This document shows, piece after piece, positions 59,449 to 64,000 of a DNA stretch of 64,000 nt (its first letter is position 1; each line of letters begins with the position of its first letter). Made by a program: the position numbers and the translations under genes. The notes under the pieces were generated by a model that worked only from the letters and a program-made list of their open reading frames with translations, searched no databases and was not told where the DNA came from. This DNA comes from a virus (lineage: Duplodnaviria > Caudoviricetes). The stretch spans positions 1 to 64,000 of IMG/VR virus record IMGVR_UViG_3300031760_000003; one strand, given 5' to 3'.

Positions 59449-59769
59449 ATGGAATTACAAGTAACAATTATTAACCCCACAGGAAAGTATAAGCCTATGT
59501 CTTGTCTCGTACCTATTCCTATGAAAGAGGTAGTTGCAAAGAATTATGAGCCGTATAGAAATAAGGGTGTAATTAAGATTTGTCAGAACAGAAATATGAC
59601 AAGCCGTGACCTTAAAAAGTATGGTTACACACAAGTTAAAATCCGTATCTATGATGCGAAGAAAATCGAAACAGAAAATAAGGAAAGATATGACGCCATT
59701 AAAAGAGAAAAGTTTGCAAGTGGCGAGTGGAAACCCTCAAAGAGAGATATTGAGAAAGGACTGGCATAA
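59449..59769 (+). CDS. Basic hypothetical protein
   Basis: Promoter and RBS. Confidence 0.75.
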   Translation: MELQVTIINPTGKYKPMSCLVPIPMKEVVAKNYEPYRNKGVIKICQNRNMTSRDLKKYGYTQVKIRIYDAKKIETENKERYDAIKREKFASGEWKPSKRDIEKGLA

Positions 59770-59771
59770 AA

Positions 59772-60032
59772 ATGAAGAAAATAATATATGTGTTAACTTT
59801 ATATGATTATGAAATAACTGGTGATGATTGTGATGTTTCTGATAGATGTGCGATTTTAAGTGCTTATGATAGTGAAGAAGAAGCAGAAAAAGGGATGCTT
59901 AACTATTATAATAACTATATCGCTTTAGACAATAATAGTCCTATTGCTAACACTATTGAAGAAATGGAGACTTGTTTAGACAAACTTAACTTCTGGTACG
60001 AGATTACAGATACTCACTACTACACAAGATAA
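59772..60032 (+). CDS. Small acidic protein, paralogue of 54619..54870
   Basis: Paralogy. Confidence 0.8.
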   Translation: MKKIIYVLTLYDYEITGDDCDVSDRCAILSAYDSEEEAEKGMLNYYNNYIALDNNSPIANTIEEMETCLDKLNFWYEITDTHYYTR

Positions 60033-60046
60033 AGGAGAGATATAAA

Positions 60047-60238
60047 ATGAAAAAAATCCCAACAATAACAATTTGCGTAACAAAAGAAGAGCAGAAAATT
60101 TTAAAAAATTTTTATGATACAGTATGTAAAGATACTAATATATCTAATGATGATAGTATTGATATATTAGATAGCATTGCTAAAGAGTGTCCCCTTACAA
60201 ATAATGATTATATAAAAATTGATTTTAAAGAAGAATAA
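60047..60238 (+). CDS. Small hypothetical protein
   Basis: AAGGAG RBS. Confidence 0.7.
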   Translation: MKKIPTITICVTKEEQKILKNFYDTVCKDTNISNDDSIDILDSIAKECPLTNNDYIKIDFKEE

Positions 60239-60264
60239 AAACAAAATATAAGGAGAGATATAAA

Positions 60265-60453
60265 ATGAGATTTACTGTTACTAAAACAATAATTTTAAAT
60301 AAGGCAGAACGTGATGTGCTTACACGATTTGAGGCGATGATAGATGAGATGAACTTAAACGCAGATGAGATAGAACAGTTGTTGTTTGATATTTACCGTG
60401 ATAAAACGCATAGCACTGGGAGTGATATTCTCATCAATTATGTAGACGATTAA
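60265..60453 (+). CDS. Small hypothetical protein
   Basis: AAGGAG RBS. Confidence 0.7.
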   Translation: MRFTVTKTIILNKAERDVLTRFEAMIDEMNLNADEIEQLLFDIYRDKTHSTGSDILINYVDD

Positions 60454-60688
60454 AAAATAAGCCGTTCAAGCATTGACTTGGACGGCTCGTTTGCACTTGA
60501 AACGAGCCGAACTTTCCATTATACCACCTGCCGCAAAATTTGTCAAGAGAAAAAGTGAAAAAATTTTCACAAAAAGTTTTCCTAAAATTTGTGCAATTTT
60601 TTACTCAAAACTACTTGCAATTATTTTAAATAAGAGTATAATTATAATTGTAAGGAAGATAATACACAACAGAAAAGAGGTAACTGTT

Positions 60689-61210
60689 ATGAGTAAAAAA
60701 TTAAAAGGTTTAAAAAAACTTAATAAGGCTATTGGGACACCTATTAAAGAGCGTTTCGGTATTAGCAAAGTTTCTATGACAAAAGACTTTGAATATAGTT
60801 TTGTCAAAGATAGGGTTGGTTGGTCTTTAGTTGAAAACGCATACGCACAGGAAGATTTTATCTCTTTTGTTAAGGATAGATTTAACTATGAGATAGGCAG
60901 ATATAACTTTATAGCAAGTCTTTTGCATGAAGTCGGACACGCAAAAAACAATGATGATATCATTGATAGCGTTCAGGATTTTTGCATTGACGAGAAAGAA
61001 AAAATAGCAAAAGAAATCAATAATGCTACCGATAGAGAAGAAATAAAGAAAATAAACTATAAATATTTCTCTCTCCCCGATGAAATTATGGCTACGGCGT
61101 GGGCAATAAAGTATATGAAAAAACATCCACGTATAATAGCAAAAATGTGGGATGAAATGTGGTCGGCTATTTTGGACTTTTACGAAAAAAATCACCTTGA
61201 GGAAGATTAA
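60689..61210 (+). CDS. Zincin-like metallopeptidase (HEXXH)
   Basis: LLHEVGH plus downstream PDEIMA; start reassigned to ATG 60689 after GAGGT. Confidence 0.65.
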   Translation: MSKKLKGLKKLNKAIGTPIKERFGISKVSMTKDFEYSFVKDRVGWSLVENAYAQEDFISFVKDRFNYEIGRYNFIASLLHEVGHAKNNDDIIDSVQDFCIDEKEKIAKEINNATDREEIKKINYKYFSLPDEIMATAWAIKYMKKHPRIIAKMWDEMWSAILDFYEKNHLEED

Positions 61211-61277
61211 ATCTTCCTTAAGGGGTTGACAATAGCAAATTAAGTGATATAATAGTATTAGAAAGGAGATAAAAAGT

Positions 61278-61619
61278 ATGGCTAAAAAGAATATTGATAA
61301 AGAGGCATTGATAGAGAAGATAATGGCGGAATGTGCTAAAGATGGTGAGCCTGTTACGCGGGAAGAGGCAGAGGAAATGGCGGAAATGGAAATTAAAAGT
61401 GGTGACATTTCTAACTATACCATTTCAGAGAAAAAGGAAAAGGCTGTCCGTAAACCTCGTGAAAAAAAGGTTGATGATGAAAAGGCAAAAATTATAGAAA
61501 TTATAGGAAAAGCCTTGACAGATAATGGCTATAATGCTATAATAACTAATGTAGATAGAGAAATAACTATTGACAATATGTCATTGGTACTTACAAAGCA
61601 CAAGAAAGGTGGTAAATAA
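61278..61619 (+). CDS. Hypothetical protein
   Basis: Promoter at 61226; AAGGAG RBS. Confidence 0.75.
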   Translation: MAKKNIDKEALIEKIMAECAKDGEPVTREEAEEMAEMEIKSGDISNYTISEKKEKAVRKPREKKVDDEKAKIIEIIGKALTDNGYNAIITNVDREITIDNMSLVLTKHKKGGK

Positions 61620-61620
61620 T

Positions 61621-62061
61621 ATGAAATATTTAATAATTAAGTGTAATGAATTAAGTGACCAGTATGAATGTGATGCCGATAGAACTCCTGTATGTTTGAC
61701 TGATGATTTTAAAAAATATGATAGATATGAATATGAGATTTATGAAATCACATCTGAAAATACTTTCAAATTGATTAAAGAATACGGCACCTCTTCAAAT
61801 AAAGGAATGGCTGTCTATAAATGGTATAATGAGGATGATGATAAAGGTGAACCCGATGAAATTATGGTAATGGATAAGAATTATACTCGTGAAGATTATA
61901 CAAAATCAAAAATTAAGCAGATAAAATCTGATTACCATTTTAAAGATAGTGTTAATAAAATATATACTGATATAAAATGCTCAGGTAGTCATGGAGAAGA
62001 AATTAACGACGAATGGGTGGTTATTGGAGAGTATATAGAAGGTGATTATTGGGAGAGATGA
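61621..62061 (+). CDS. Hypothetical protein
   Basis: ATG 61621 after AGGTGG. Confidence 0.7.
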   Translation: MKYLIIKCNELSDQYECDADRTPVCLTDDFKKYDRYEYEIYEITSENTFKLIKEYGTSSNKGMAVYKWYNEDDDKGEPDEIMVMDKNYTREDYTKSKIKQIKSDYHFKDSVNKIYTDIKCSGSHGEEINDEWVVIGEYIEGDYWER

Positions 62062-62087
62062 TATTAAAAAAGAAAGGGTGATGTAAA

Positions 62088-62510
62088 ATGACACGTAGAG
62101 AAGAAGCGATTTTTACTAATGAACTGGTAGAACTTTTAACAGGAGATGATGATACAACTGATAAAGAATTTTTTGAACGGATAATTTGTGCAAATACTGT
62201 TATTGCGAGATGCTTGTCCCGGTTTAAAGATGACTATGATGAGGTTGATACTAAACCTACTCCCACTGTTAAAGAAGAGACTCCTGTACCTCCCTATTAC
62301 GTAGCAAGTGTTAGTAATGGAAAAACTTGTGCGAGTTTAGGTTTTTACTCAATTGAGGAAAAGGCTCAAGCAAGTATTATAAAATATGAAAATACGTTAA
62401 ACTCATCAAAGTCCTATGATAATTGGGGTGATTTTATACATGATTATTGCAATAATGAAACTCAAATCACTGATTATGATATCTCAATGGAATATCTCGA
62501 TGTTGATTAA
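62088..62510 (+). CDS. Acidic hypothetical protein
   Basis: RBS; bidirectional terminator at about 62509-62533. Confidence 0.7.
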   Translation: MTRREEAIFTNELVELLTGDDDTTDKEFFERIICANTVIARCLSRFKDDYDEVDTKPTPTVKEETPVPPYYVASVSNGKTCASLGFYSIEEKAQASIIKYENTLNSSKSYDNWGDFIHDYCNNETQITDYDISMEYLDVD

Positions 62511-62975
62511 AAAGTGCCGTAAGGCACTTTTTTATTGTTCCGACGGGTCGCGATGAACCGCCGCGACCCGAAATTTCCATTATACCACTTTCCGCACATT
62601 TTGTCAAGTGAAAATTTGCACAAAAATTTACAAGTTTTAATCCCAAAATTGTACTTTACTTTTGCTAAAATTTTTGGTATACTTATTATAGATGGAAAGG
62701 AAACAAGCCGTTAACGGCTATAAGTAAAGGGGTTTCCGTGGCTATATGTGAGGGTTTAGGTAGTCATCTAAAAAAATAAAAAATTTTTGTTGACAAACAA
62801 AAAATCTTATGTTATAATAAATACATAAGATAAAGAAAGAGGAAAAGTCAAGTACCTCTTAAAAAATTTAAAAAAAAATAAAAAAAAACACTTGACAAAC
62901 TTAATAAAGAATGTTATAATAATAACATAAAGAACAACAAACAAACAAATTTTTTAAGAAAGGTGGTCATTAACT

Positions 62976-63338
62976 ATGGCAGAGAAGAAAGTAACTAAGG
63001 TGGAGAAATTTAACGCAATTGCAAAGGTACTTGCTGATGCAGGTGTTGAGAAAATCTCTATCCGCAACGAAGAGGTCAATGTAGCAGAGTTCATCGGTAA
63101 CGAGGTTGCTCTTATCGAGAAGAAAGCATCAAAGGCTACAACCAAGAGAGTAGACAATTCAGAGGGTATCGCAAAGGTACGTGAGGTACTTGCAGACGGC
63201 AAGGCTTACACTCCTACTGAAATTCAGGCTCTCACAGGACTTGTCAATACGCAGAAAGTCGCTTCAGTCCTCAAGGCTATGGGCGATAGCGTAAAGAGAG
63301 AGTCAAAGGGCAAGAAAGTAACTTACAAACTTGCCTAA
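62976..63338 (+). CDS. Putative winged-HTH DNA-binding protein
   Basis: YTPTEIQALTG...TQKVASVL...VKRESKGKKVTY; tandem strong promoters; biased codons. Confidence 0.6.
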   Translation: MAEKKVTKVEKFNAIAKVLADAGVEKISIRNEEVNVAEFIGNEVALIEKKASKATTKRVDNSEGIAKVREVLADGKAYTPTEIQALTGLVNTQKVASVLKAMGDSVKRESKGKKVTYKLA

Positions 63339-63369
63339 TCGGAAATGGGGCTTTTAATAGCCCCACTCC

Positions 63370-63761
63370 CTTAGGGGAAATTGGGGATGGATGGCTACCC
63401 CTGTTCCGCGACTAAAACCTAACCCGAAGGAAAAAGCGTGATATCCCGTAGAAAAGACGTTACAACTCCGTAGGTGATAGATGCTACGTATTAAAAAGTC
63501 TATCGCTACCGTCAAGGTTATGAAAGTTCAACCTGACTTGCAGAGAAAAACTTGCTCCCTGTGGAAAGCGTGGTTATCCTTTCCCGTTGTGCATTACGTT
63601 AAATCCCGTAGAACAAAGAGCAGATTTACTACGATAGAAAACATGCTGCCCGGTTGGTACCACGATATAATACTACGCTTAAAGATTTCCACGTGAAAGA
63701 AATCTCTTAAAAAGCATCCCACTATTACGAGGTCTGCAACTCGCGTAGGGGTGCTTTTTTT
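63370..63761 (+). ncRNA. Candidate ~390-nt structured ncRNA
   Basis: Elevated GC, many stems, internal sequence repeats, terminal terminator, no RBS-supported ORF. Confidence 0.55.
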
Positions 63762-64000
63762 GTTTGGTCGGGCAGTTCGCTTCTCAAACTGCCCGAAATT
63801 TCCATTATATCACATCCCGCAAAATTTGTCAAGAGGAAATTTACACAAAATATAAAAAAATTTAATCCCGATTTTCGTCATTTTGCCAGTAGTATCTTTT
63901 AAAAAATTTTGATATAATCTATATATAAACAAAAGGGAAAACAAAAATTTTTTAAACGGGAGTTATAAAAAATTTAAAAAACCCTATTGACAAATTTAAA

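Larger units (their letters stand above)
40681..63832. repeat. Dispersed family of hairpin + divergent-promoter cassettes (15 long, 5 short copies)
   Basis: Long copies start at 40681, 41899, 42495, 43768, 44889, 45347, 46176, 47236, 48091, 49733, 53937, 56533, 60483, 62544, 63768. Short copies start at 48856, 51400, 52120, 55142, 58783. Consensus: hairpin-N7/8-ATTATACCA-N-TTTGTCAA-N9-TGCACAAA-N24-TTTGTGCA. Confidence 0.95.
40805..63992 (+). promoter_or_regulatory. About 50 rightward sigmaA-type promoters
   Basis: TTGACA-type hexamer, 17-nt spacer and TGn-TATAAT/TAATAT, with upstream A-tracts; e.g. 40805, 40914, 41195, 42781, 43388, 45491, 46993, 55327, 58339, 62790, 62892 (manual count). 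Confidence 0.9.

Noticed and set aside
41812-61408. Minus-strand ORFs in the early region and + strand ORFs crossing cassettes
   Set aside because: Shadow frames of + strand genes or translations of promoter repeats; no SD sequences.
40681-63832. CRISPR array or solitary CRISPR repeats
   Set aside because: The hairpins differ in sequence, are roughly 0.5-2.6 kb apart with genes between them, and lack recognisable repeat ends; no cas genes are present in the window.
40681-63832. Integron attC or lox-like recombination sites
   Set aside because: No GTTRRRY/RYYYAAC ends or extrahelical bases; arms are not conserved; no recombinase in the window. The fixed register to a promoter fits an RNA better.

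Overview
The window is part of a large AT-rich tailed phage genome read in the standard code. Its sigmaA-type promoters and Shine-Dalgarno sequences suggest a Firmicutes host. Positions 1-2.2 kb (+) hold a repeat-rich fibre/adhesin gene and a RuvC-like resolvase. Positions 2.2-40.1 kb (-) hold a siphovirus-type morphogenesis module: terminase large subunit, portal, protease/scaffold, major capsid, head-tail genes, major tail protein, a ~2930-aa tape measure protein and very large tail-tip proteins. Positions 40.7-64 kb (+) form an early/host-takeover-type region of about 55 mostly tiny ORFs. Most have their own near-consensus TTGACA-17-TATAAT promoter. The region also carries tRNA-Lys(TTT), a tRNA-like RNA and several ORF-free structured RNAs. 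The most striking signal is a dispersed family of ~20 intergenic cassettes. In the 15 full-length copies a leftward sigmaA promoter is placed so that its transcript starts with a 27-30 nt GC-rich hairpin. The hairpin stems covary while the loops recur as a small set of sequences. This unit sits back-to-back with a rightward promoter across a helically phased TGCACAAA-N24-TTTGTGCA inverted repeat. It looks like an undescribed phage small-RNA array. All calls come from manual reading of motifs and synteny; no database searches or folding programs were run.
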